This document shows positions 51,180-62,666 of a stretch of DNA of 64,000 nucleotides, piece after piece. The notes beneath the pieces were generated by a model. That model was not told the origin of the DNA and searched no databases. It saw only the letters and a program-made list of their open reading frames with translations. The translations under genes were made by a program, and so were the position numbers. Within the stretch, counting starts at the first letter, position 1; the number at the start of each line of letters is the position of its first letter. The DNA is taken from NCBI GenBank assembly GCA_016748015.1, contig JAAOMT010000226.1, positions 1 to 64,000 on the forward strand, in the 5' to 3' direction. This DNA comes from Geosiphon pyriformis uo1. Its lineage: Eukaryota; Fungi; Glomeromycota.

Positions 51180-52161
51180 TGTTACCAGACAAAATTAGAG
51201 ATATTATTTAGCATGAAATTATCTTATAAATCCTATCATTAATTAATATATATATTATCATTTCAAATTATTACTTATTACATTAGCAAAATATCCGAAA
51301 TTATCATTTAATTAATAACCCAATTTGTACACAACACAAATGTAACCTAATTGCGATGATCAAATTATACAATACCCCAAACTATGTAACATTCAAAAGT
51401 TTGCCGAAATTTGTAGAAATTCGCCAAAATAATTGATAGTTCACCAAAATATCTAATAGTTCACAGAAATAACTTGTAGTTCACCAAAATGTATCTTTAG
51501 TTCAGCGAAATTGTAGAAAATAGCAAAGTTCAAGTTTATAGAATAGTGTTACAACAAGTTGTATAAAAGAAGAGCTTCTCTCTTCGAGAAAATGTATCTT
51601 ATTTTAGATTTATCTCTTAAAACCATTCCTATACACACAAAAAAAAATAAATATCAAATAATTTGAAAAAACCAAATTCTTTAATTATTGTACTTGGAAA
51701 ATCCCCAAAACCCAACTAACATTTCGAAATTAATTAGCTACCAATTTCAGTAAACTGTTAGTGACTCCAGGTCTGGATAAAAAACGTTTTCCTTGACAGA
51801 ATTCTATTTCTTTACATTTCTTTTATTTTTCTTTTCTTTTCTTATTACAATCATTAAAGTAGTCTACAGATGAGATTCCTGTAGAAGAGTTGACTTTCAC
51901 AGCAAAGTAACTACACATTTTTAGTGAGCTTCCAGACAAGCAATTCCTGAAAAAGAGTTGACATTTACTACAATGTAACTACATAAAGCAACTGGCACAG
52001 AATTGGTCATTTCATTCATAAGCCCAGCAAGTTCAAATTATAAGAGATAATTTGAAGATAAATTCAGTTACTGGAAGTCCAACTACTTCCTGGAAATGTG
52101 AATTCACAACAAATCAACATTAACAACATTTAAGAACAGAGACCAAAAGCCTCCAGTAACA
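51180..52161 (+). mobile_element. Solo LTR (982 bp) inserted in Gypsy B 3' LTR
   Basis: TGTTAC...GTAACA termini; TSD CCGG/CCAG; empty site taaatccagccacc visible in the 5' LTR; same family as 37281-38259. Confidence 0.93.
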
Positions 52162-52390
52162 CCAGTCACCACGCTGAGAAAAAAATTGGGAAAACCTCTT
52201 GGAAAATACATCTACTATCGACACTATTGAATCTCTGTTCATTATACAAAGGACTCAACCAAAACCTTTAGATCCATCAAAACCTTCAGATAAGATATCT
52301 TCAGAATGTTACCAACACTAATTATAGCTTTTGAGCACCAAGTTACAGGTTTGTTATTTAATTCAACAGCAGAAATAATCACCTGTAACA

Positions 52391-55300
52391 CTGTGGTGCA
52401 TTATACAAAAAACTGAAGAAGAGTGTGGCTGGCAATGTGGTTGACTTGTCTACAAGACCTCTGAGCTTGGAAGATATTGGTGGTACTGGCATCAAGCCTG
52501 TGGTGTTCTGGGGCAGTAAAGTTGATAGTGTCACTAGCAGTGTGGGCAAAACCTCAGATGTTAAAAATATGGTGAACACAGTAGCCAAAGAGACCAGCTA
52601 TGCAGAGTCAAGTGAGGATAATAATATAGATGAAACTATACCAAAGAAAACTCGCATCTGAACATACGTGTTGAAAAACTCACTGAAGTAACCCTCATTT
52701 AACTGTTTGAGTGATGACAACAATAATAAAATAATTTGTTCTCTTCACATGGTTTTGAGATCCAATAAGCTGCCACCACTTGAATCACGTGCCCCAGAGA
52801 AACAAAGCTTCAATTTGTCAAAATCTTTTGCACTTAATATTAAACTTTCAGCTGTTTCTAATAAGACAGTTGGTGATAAATTGATTTGTGTGAAAAAAAT
52901 TTTCTATCATGTAGATGGTTTTGGAGAAGCTTTTACTCTCTCAAAATTCCCAGGGATCATTAGATCTTTATTCACTTCTGAGTCTAGTATGAATAAGACA
53001 AAAAAATTGGCAATTTGTGAGAAAATTGTGGTAAATAATATTTTCAAAAAGGTTAGCAGTTATTCGGATAAGGAAATTGTTGTTAAGGAGATTCCAGTTG
53101 ATCTTCCCAAATTAGCTGTAGAATCTGTTTTTTCTAAGTTTGGAAAGATTGTATCAATCAAAATACAACTAATTGGTCTGTGGCAAAAAGCTTTGGTGGA
53201 ATTTGAGTCATCTGAAATAGCTGATTTGGTCACAGCTAGGTGGTCTATCTTCATGGGGAAGAATTCTGTTTGTGTGGCAAAAGCTATTGATGACAAACAA
53301 TCATGGGTTTCTAGGGATTCACATTAGACATTGCTTTATACTCTTCCTGTTGGTACAACAGCTTATAATCTTTCTGATTTGTTGGAATCATATAGTGAGA
53401 GAACTTGCTTTATTGACTGTAATCCCAGTTCATATGTACATGATAGATGTGTGATAGTGTGTTTTGATAATGAGACATCCAAATTGGCTGCTATTGGTTC
53501 TGTTCCAGTTTTTAAGGGCATGAATTTGCGATGGGCTGGTTTTTCTCTGGCTTGTTGTGCCAAATATAAACAATTTGATCATGTTTCTAATATGTGTTCA
53601 GTTGGTAAGAATTCTGAAGTTCATGAGAAGTGGGTGGTGACTGATCATAATTGGGTTTGCCTGGCCAACATTTATAAGAAAAAGCAGGTGCCTATTATTC
53701 GTCCAACTTTTTTTAGTGGCAAAACTTGGGCTCAAGTTGCAGGTGGTTCCTCTTTTCTTTTGGGTTCTTCACCTTCTTTAAGTGCTGGTCTATCTCCTGG
53801 CGCTAAATCTTCTCTTGGTGCTGGGTTCTCTTTTAACAGTATTGATCCTTATGGTGTCTCTGATTTGTTTGATCACTTGGTGTCTGTGAAACGGTTTTTG
53901 GAGCTTTTGACTGATCAGGTTTCTGATATAATAAGAAATTTGAGCTTTGTGGACTTAGTGCCTTTGCTGTCTGCTTCTTGTAAGCTTTCTTTGACTGTTT
54001 CTACATCTTTGGCTCCAGAATCTCACTCAGATATGGTTTTGGATAGTGCACTAGAGCCTTCTACTTTTTTTCTCTCTACTGTTGTTGATGGTACTTCTGG
54101 TTTCAGTTCAAGTAGTTCCAAGATTCTAACTACCAAGGTGGGTGGATTGGAGTCGAAGTTAATGTCTTTGGAAGCTTCAATTAGTTTAGTGTTGATCAGA
54201 TTAGATCATTTGTGTTCTGGTTCTGGTTCTCTGTTATTTTCTTCATTCCAATAAGTGGTTTGGTTTGGAAATTTACTACGTGCAATGTTTGGGGTATTAA
54301 TGTTCTTGCAAAGCAAGTGGATGTTGTTCACTAACATATAAGTTCTGGAAATACAGTTTCTTTCATTACTAAGACTAAGTTGAAGTCTTCTTCTGGGCTT
54401 TGGATCAAGGATAAATATGATGGAGTTCAGATTTTTACTTTTGGTCTGGATGTTGGATATCTTGGTGCTGGTATTGCTGTTGTTATAAACAATTCTTTGG
54501 CTTGTTATGTTTCTAAAGTTGAGGTGGTTCCTGGTCGGGTTATTTCAGTGCAGCTTCTGTTTAAGGGTAAGCTTTCGGTGACTGTTCTTAGTTTGTATGC
54601 TGGTGCTTCTGCTAGCGTCTATCTTGGACAAGCATCTGAGGTTAATTCTATTATTGCTAAGGCTGTTAACACCAACACTTTTGTGGTATTGGGTGAGGAT
54701 TTTAATGAGTACAGTTCTGGAAAAAGTGTGAGTTTCAAGTTCTGTTCAAGTTTGGGTTTGGTCAATTTGTTCAATAGCCATTATTTAGTTAAGGCTTTTA
54801 CATGGTGCAATTCGAGAAATGTTGAGAGGACCATTGATTACATTTTTGTTAGTGGGAGTCTATCTTCCACTGTTGTGAAATATTGGGTCAGTTTTGTTTC
54901 TGATTTCTTTGATATGGATCATAATGCTGTGGTGATGTCAGTTGGTTTGGGTGGGCTTTTAAATGTTCAGTTGAATAGTTTGCACAAATAGGCTAACAAA
55001 ATCAATGGAAATTCAAAATCAAAGATGTAGACAGCATTGGATGGTCTCACTTTAGGGATTGTTCTTCCTTAAGAATTCTGGTAATAGAGGATAGGTTTCT
55101 TGTTACAGCTGCAGATCATGATTTGGATGCTATGTGGTCACTACTAGAAGAGGCATTGGTAGATTCTGTAGATGAGGTTTTTTTTAGGCAGTAGTTCAGT
55201 GATTTTCAGTGTTCAAAAAATAAGTGGTCTTCTAAGTTTTTGGGGCTGGAGCTGTTGATTGCCAAGATTGTCAAAAAGTTGGAATTTGATGATGCTTTTG

Positions 55301-58300
55301 GATTTGATTGCCTTGTAAGGAAATGATCAACTTTGGATGTTGATAAAGCTCTTGAGTTAAGGGACATGGTTCATGCTGGTCAAAAATTGGAGAATACAGG
55401 AAGTTCAAGATATATAAATCAAAATTGGTGCAGGAGGCTTCTATCAGAGCAGCTATTGAGAAACACATGGAGAAGTTTTGTTTGGACAAGAGCAATATGA
55501 TCAGAAGTGTTTTAGACAGACCCTTTTGGAAAGTGGTATTGAATCACTTGGTGGTTGATAATAAGCTGGTGTTGGATTCAGAAGGTGTGAGATTGAATGT
55601 TGACAGGATTATAGAAAGTTGGACAAGGAAACATGTGGTGCCTTCTGCACTGTCTGATCTCTGGGCTCACCAGTATGCACCTTTGGACTATGTTCAGGAT
55701 GATGTTTTTTCTGGTGTGATAAAGGCAATAAGCATGAGTAAGTTGCTTTTAGTTGTTGGTGGTCTGCCTGATGGCAAAGCCACTGGCTTGTCTGACATCC
55801 CAAACAAACTTTGGAAGCATGATAGTAAAAGGGTAACAAAGTGCCTTTTGGTGCTATTGAATAAATGTCTCTTTGTTGGTGCAGTGTCTGTTTTATGGAG
55901 GAAAGCATGGGTCTTAATGATCCCTAAATCTTATGATTGGGATAGAATTCTCACAAATATCTGTCTTATTGCTTTGATTGAGATGACTAGAAAGATTCTC
56001 TTCAAAATACTTTTGGATAAGATTTCTTTTGCTTGCAGCAAGTTTGGTGTCCTCCACAGTGACAATTTTTCAGTGTTAAAGAGTACCTCTACTTAGGTTC
56101 CAGTGTTTACTGTTGGGTCGGTGGTTGAAGATGCTCTTGAGAAGAATAAGGAACTTTGGTTGGTTTTGTAAGATATGTATAAGATGTATGACTCTGTTGG
56201 TTGGCACTATCTTGAGGCCAGCTTATGATGTATTAAGATGTGTGACAAGTTTATCAAGTTTTTTGGCAGTATTCATGAAGATAGGATTAACAAGATGATG
56301 ACTGATTTTGGCCTCTCAAATGGTTATAGGGTGCATAATAGTTTGGATCAGGGTGAGGTTTTTTTACCTTTTCTATGAAAAATTTTTTATGATTCACTAT
56401 TGTGTAAAGTCAAAAGACATAAACATTTATGTGAGTACTAGATTGATACTAAGTTTGTGGCTAAATTGGGCAGAGTTGAAAGTGGTGGTGAGATGTCTTC
56501 CTTTTTTGCAGCTGGGGCATTTGTTGATAACACTATTTGGATCGGCGATTGGCAAGCGTCAATACAATATGTTTTAAACATTGCTAGTGAATTCTTTACA
56601 ATTAATAATATTTCCATTAATAGTGAAAAAACTGTGGCCATTCTTATTAATCAAGGTGTTAAGATCACTTCTCTCAATATTAATGGATGGCCAATTTTTA
56701 TTGTCAAGAGGGGCAAAACACACAGATATTTGGAGATTTTTTTGTCAATGGAAGGTTTGTCTAAGCCTAGTTTGGCCAAGGCTCATTCAGATGTTTGTTT
56801 TTTTGTCAATGTAATACTCAAGAAGGCTATCACAGACAAGCAATTCTCATATTTGGTGTCAACTGTTTTGTAGCCCATTGTCAACTATCATACTCAATTC
56901 AACTTTGTTTCTTTAAATGTGTGCCACAAGTGAGATGCCTTAGTCAGAAAGGGCCTTAAACTTAAAGCTGGTCTCCCTTATGATTTTCTTGATGCTGTTT
57001 TGCATTACCCCTCATTGTATGGCCTGAAATTTTTTGAACAGATACAGGCTAAGAGCAAATTGGCTGCTGTGGTTGTATTTTCTAATGCTTCGGGCATTTT
57101 GGGGTGTTTGTTTAATCATAGATTCCTGGATTTGCAGGTTCTGGATTGGGCTCCTTTGGACCCCCTACAGTTTTTGGTCAAGTTGTGGGTTAGTCCTGTG
57201 AACAATTTTTTGGCTGGTGTGGTTAAAATTTTTTTGGGTAATGAGCTGTCCCTAATAAATAATCTGCTTTGTGCTTTTCGTGGTCCTGGTAATTTTTTTA
57301 TGTCATTGGTACTAGGGAGCACTTCTTACTTCAGTTTTGTTCATTCTTTGAAGTGATTCAGTGTTGTTTTTGGAGACAGGTTGCTTAATAAGAAGGGTTG
57401 TGTGATGGATTAGAAAACTTTTCACTGGTAAAAGAAGCTCAACCTGAGAGGACCTGTTCTTTGTTGGTTTGAAATTATATCTAGGTTTTTGCATGATGGT
57501 GGTGCTTTGTCATCTGGTCTGGCTAGGACTGATTGGCTTTCTGGTTTGGACATTTTGGTTTCTAAAAAATTTTCTGATTTGCATAATAGTTTACATGAGT
57601 TATAGTCTGGTTTTTTTGTGGTTTATATGGATAGTTCATTGAAGAATTATGGCTCTTCTAGTATTGTTGGTGGTGCTGCTGTGTACTTTCTTATTATTGA
57701 CTGTAGTATTGGTGTTAGGGTCTGTGGTTTATTGTCTTTCACTTTGACCGAGTTGTAGATTGTCACTTTGGCATTAGAATGTGTTCCTTTTTCTAGTACA
57801 GTGTTGGTACACCTTAACAGCCAAGCTGCTATTGATGTATGTATATCCAAATTGTCTCTTCTGGTGCCTGACTTCCGAGTTCCATGCTGGGTAGAAAGAT
57901 GTCACATTTTTAATTTGGTTAGGAAGAAGGATTTGAGCATAAATTGGATAAAAGTTAAAAATCATTCTGGTGTTTGTGGCAACGTTGAAGCTAATGCTGC
58001 TGCTGGTGCTGCTATGTGTTCTTGGTTTTCCTTGCCTGTTGGGATGTGGAAACGGCTTTTGATTGCTGAAAGTTCAGTCATGTCTGGCAATGCCCACCAT
58101 TTTGTTAGGGATATGTTTAAGTCTGTGTGCCATGTGTATTGGAAGACTGGGCCTGGTTGTGATGTAATTCAGAGTAGTTTGATCGAATGTGTAAACTAGA
58201 GTACTACCTCGAGAGTATGGCACCCTGACTCACATATGCTTGCTGGGTCTACTAGCTGGAAGTCTTCTGTACTGCAGTCTTATTTGATGAAAGCTGTGCA

Positions 58301-59049
58301 CCATCACCTCCCTGTGGCTGTTCGAAAGAGATTGTATAACAAAAATTACTCTGGTGTGCTGTGCTTATTGTGTAGAGAGATGGAGTTACCCAATCATGTG
58401 TTTTCCTGTGCTATGGATGCTGATGTCTATAATGGAATCCTTGCTGAGACTGCTGCATCTTGGGTTTCCTTAATGGGTTCTCATGTCTTGCTCTCTTCTG
58501 CTGTTCTGCAGTTTCTCAGTTGTTGTTCCTCAGATATTAGCTTGTATTCAGCTATGTGTAAAAGATTTGTCATGAGTTATTGGTGCTCAGAAACTGTAGA
58601 GATCTTTGAGGACAGGAAGATAGCTGTTGACATTGTTGTCAATTTTGTAAGAAGTATTGCTAAGATGTACTGTTATAGGATTTGGCTGGTATGATCTAGT
58701 TATAGGGTAAGCATGGAGAAGATTGGTTTGGTTGGAGACAATAGAGTGATATCAGGTTTGTCACATTGCAAGACAGCTGTGTTGTCTGATGGCGTGGTTC
58801 GGTTGCTTGGTGTTTTGGGTTTGTTTTTTGTTAGCTTTGGCCATCGTAAACCTAGTCTTTTTTTTTCTGGTTTGGATTTCAATCCTCATATTGTTATAAG
58901 TGTGTAATGTTGTCTTGTCTGGCCTGAGTGGCTAACCACATATAGTAAGTGCATAAGCTGTATTTAGTTTGGGCCTCTTAGTTTGGCTCTATATACTAGA
59001 CAGCAGTTGGGCTTCACTCATTAAATGCGTAATAAAAAAAAAAAAAAAA
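52391..59049 (+). mobile_element. LINE copy 3: degenerate, 5' end missing (Gypsy B abuts the start of ORF1)
   Basis: ORF1 to 54254; ORF2 54251-58907 (WKFTTCNV, LGEDFNE, FVDNTIW, VKNHSG..GNVEAN, CLLCREMELPNHVFSC); 3' UTR; poly(A) 59034-59049. Confidence 0.95.
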
Positions 59050-60065
59050 CAACTTATTATACTAAAAACATTAAAAAAAAACTAGTGCAGTAACTTTGTT
59101 TTTAATTTAAATTTGTTCAAATAATTTAAAACTATATATAAATAAATAATATAAAATTTTACTTAAAAAGTTCTTAAATAAATTTGTTTTAATTCTTAAA
59201 TTTTTATATTTTATTATATTTTATTTTTTATACACTATTTTTAAAACAAAACAAAACAAAACTGTAATTTATAGTTAATTATTGATTAAAAAATAGCAAA
59301 AACTAAATACAAGAACTGTTTATTAAAAATAGCTTTTTTTAAAATCATATTGACAAAAAAAATTAATATTAATATGTGCTTTAAAAAAACTGAGTTTAAT
59401 AAATCTATTTGTAAACAAAAAAATTTTCCAAGTAATAATACAATTTACTTTTTTTGGTAATTATAATAAAAAAACCATTAATAAACAAAAAAACAATAAT
59501 AATATACTTATTTATTAATATAATTATAGTTTTGTTAATATTAATAAAAATATTATTAATTCTAAAAAATTTATTAACCAAATTAAGAATATGCTGTATT
59601 ATAGCATAACTGTTTTTAATTTATATTATATTATTTATAAAAACTATAACTATTAAGTATAATATAAATTCAGATTGTTCAATTATTTAACTTATTTTAG
59701 AAACACAACTAAATTTAATTTAATAACCAAAAAACTGTTTATGTTTTTTTATTTTACACAAATAAAAAAAAAAACTTTGTCTTAGTTTAAATTATTATAA
59801 ACATAATAATTATTAATTAGACCAAAATTAGTCATAATACAATTTATTTTATTATTATAAATACTATTAAAAAACTTAATAAATTTGAAACATATTTTAA
59901 TTTTTTGTAAATTATTTATTAAATAAGACCATTAACAGAATTATACACTTTTTTTTGTTTTATAAAACCAACTATATTTTATGATTTTTTTCCAAGATAT
60001 TTTTTATAACAGAATTATTAATAAAAATTAGCAAAAAGATTAAAATATTTTTGAAAACTAAAAGT
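59050..60065 (-). mobile_element. Ghost LINE copy 5, piece 3 (RT domain)
   Basis: IKICFKFIKFFNSIYNNKINCIMTNFGL, VFINNII*..IQHILNLVNKFFRINNI, FFVNMILKKAIFNKQFLYLV, FKLFEQI; all collinear with ORF2 of copies 1-3. Confidence 0.85.
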
Positions 60066-61959
60066 TGTTACTATAATAAAAATTTAACTAAAAATTTATA
60101 AAATAATATAAATTATAGCACAATAATAATTTTAAAAAGGTAATAATTAACATAATAATAGTACTATCTTATAATAATAGTAAATATTATTTTGTAATAA
60201 TAGCAAATACCAATTGGTAATAGTAATAAACACTAAGTTAAAATATTAAAAAGAGAATATTATAATGTGTTTTTTTGTAAAATTACAAATATATATATAT
60301 ATATTAGCTTTAATATTAAGAAAAACAATAATTAATCCAACAGTTTAATTTTGTCAACTTCTAATTTTCTATTTTTAATTATTTTTTAGCCTTTATTTTT
60401 AATAAATAATTAAAAAATCTTTAAATTAAATAAAAATCAGAAATAATATTAAAAACTAAATTATTATAATTAAAAGTATTGAGAAATTTATTTATGTTAT
60501 TTACTGAATAAAACTATTATTTTTAAGCTAAATTTCTTAAAAAAATAATTTTTAAGATTATTTATATTATTATTAATTTATAAAAGCTTTATTGTAAGAA
60601 TTACAAAAAAGTACTAAAAACTATTAATATTCTATGTTTTTAAATTAGAAAAACACAATTAGATAATTGCAAAAATAGTTTCAAAAAAGATCTTAAAACA
60701 ATAAGTAGATTTTAGTTCAATTTCTAAAAAAAAGTACATAAATATATATAACAATTAAAAATTAAAAAATAACTTATATTGTAATATTAAAAAGAAAATT
60801 TTTAGTATAATATTAATATTATTACACTAATAGAATTCAGAAATTCACAAGAAACTAATTGTAATTAAAACTATTTTATAACATTAATAAATTTTATAAG
60901 AAAAAAAAATTAAAAAAAAAATAATTAACAATAATTCATTATTAAAAAAAAACCAAAATAGTAACAAAAACTTTTAATTTTATTATTGTTAGATTCTGCT
61001 ATATTTTTTATTTACAATATTAAAATAATTTTAGATTATTAAAAGAGTATTGTTTAGCTAAAAATACTTTTACATATTATATTAATATTAGAATAAATTA
61101 TTATATAAAAAGAGAAAAAAATCACATAACATAAAATTTTAATTATATAAAAAATTATTTCAATTTATTACAAAAAAAAACAATAATAACTATGATTATT
61201 GTTCAAATTTATTATAAAATTAAGTAATATACCAATAAAAATTACTTAATATTTATAAAGAATACCAGAAATTGTATTAACAATTCAGAAATTAATCACA
61301 AAAAAAACCAGTAAAAATTAAGAATACTTGCTTAAATACCAAAAAAATTATTATGTAATTAATAAAAAAACAATATATTTATTTACCAAAAAAAAATCTT
61401 ATTATTTTTCTCCAAAAAATAAGATTTATTATTTAAATCAATTTTACAAATGCCAAAAACTCTTAATTATATAAAAAAGCTTAAACAATATAATTATAAA
61501 AATATATTAATAATAGAAGAATACTTATTACTATTTTAAAAATCTTTTTTTTAACCAAAATTTAGAATAAAACTTAAAAATAATAAAAAAATTCTGAATT
61601 AGAATCCAAAAAAAACTTAGTAAAAAAACAGAATTAATTACAAAACCAATTATTATAACAAGCAATTAATTCAAAAACCAAAAAGTTTGTAACCAAAAAA
61701 AAACTTAGATATAAAAAAAACCACTTTTAAAAATGCTTAAAAAAACACATTATAATATTTTTTTGATATCTCAAACTGGTATTTGCTATTATTATCAGTT
61801 AATATTTATTATTATTGCAAACTAGTACTTACTATTATTACAAAATAATATTGGCTACTATATTAATTATTATATTTTTAAGATTATTATTGTGTTATAT
61901 TATAATTAAATAATTTATATTATTTTATAATTTTTTTGCTAAATTTTTAAACTGTAACA
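60066..61959. mobile_element. Ghost LTR-element-derived insert with ~210-bp inverted ends and a gag N-terminal relic on +
   Basis: Begins TGTTAC and ends GTAACA; 60066-60275 is the reverse complement of ~61741-61959. EYCLAKNTFTLYIN at ~61045 resembles gag NHISTESAFNFYIN. The ghost LINE frame resumes on both sides. Confidence 0.65.
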
Positions 61960-62666
61960 ATAAAAAAATATCTAATTTACTGTATATTTTAAAAATTTAA
62001 TCTGAAAGCAACTTTGAAAAAATTTTACAAGTAGTTTCAATTAAGACTATAAAACAAGTATTTGTTAAAATATTTTTTTAATTATATAGTTTAGATATTA
62101 TCAAAATTCAAGCAAATTTTTATTGAGCAAACACAAATTTTAAAACTAAATATGAGTTTAATAATATTAAAAGTAAATCTAAAACACTAATGTTATAATA
62201 CTATCATAAATTATTTAAAATATTAGAAAGTTTAATTACTTTGTCTTTAAAAAGTAAATAAATTATTACAAAAAATTTATCTATAAAAATTTGACTTATT
62301 ATTTTTAAGAAAATATTATTGATTACAAAATTCAAAAGAGTATATTAATGCTATTATAATATAAGAACTATATTAAAATAATATATTTCTTAGTTTATTT
62401 TACATAATAAAATTTAAAAATAATTTGATTTTATTAGAAATTAAAACAAGCTTATTATTAACTACTAAATAATTTAATACTATTTTATAAAACAAATATT
62501 CTTAAATATTACATATTATATAACTCTTATTATTAACAAAAAATTTTATACATTTATTAATTGCTGTTATTTAAGTGGAAAAATTAATTTAAAGTTATTA
62601 AAAAAACGTAATTAATATATAATAATATAATAATACAAAATAACATATAATAACTTAAGATAATAT
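61960..62666 (-). mobile_element. Ghost LINE copy 5, piece 4 (linker and RT N-terminus)
   Basis: KIVLNYLVVNNKLVL, VLDLLLILLN, ILTNTCFIVLIETTCKIFSKLLSD (= VLTNTRPIALIETARKILSKILSD). Confidence 0.85.

Larger units (their letters stand above)
41540..52390 (+). mobile_element. Gypsy B: degenerate Ty3/Gypsy element related to Gypsy A; 5' LTR truncated, 3' LTR interrupted by a solo LTR
   Basis: 5' LTR remnant 41540-42146 (ends TGTAACA), PBS 42149-42165, PPT 50500-50514, 3' LTR 50515-51179 plus 52162-52390. Confidence 0.95.

Noticed and set aside
37281-52161. The two ~980-bp repeats as the paired LTRs of one 15-kb element
   Set aside because: Each has its own distinct 4-bp TSD, and each host sequence rejoins across it.
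10818-58907. Alternative genetic code or stop-codon readthrough to explain the many in-frame stops
   Set aside because: Stops fall at Trp/Arg/Gln codons, differ between copies, come with matching missense transitions, and host genes end normally in TAA/TAG.
58908-59033. tRNA-derived SINE or known ribozyme (HDV, pistol, hammerhead) in the LINE 3' UTR
   Set aside because: Only short resemblances (TGGCCYGAGTGG, GGCTAA); no B-box or cloverleaf, and helix order does not fit. Kept only as an unclassified structured element.
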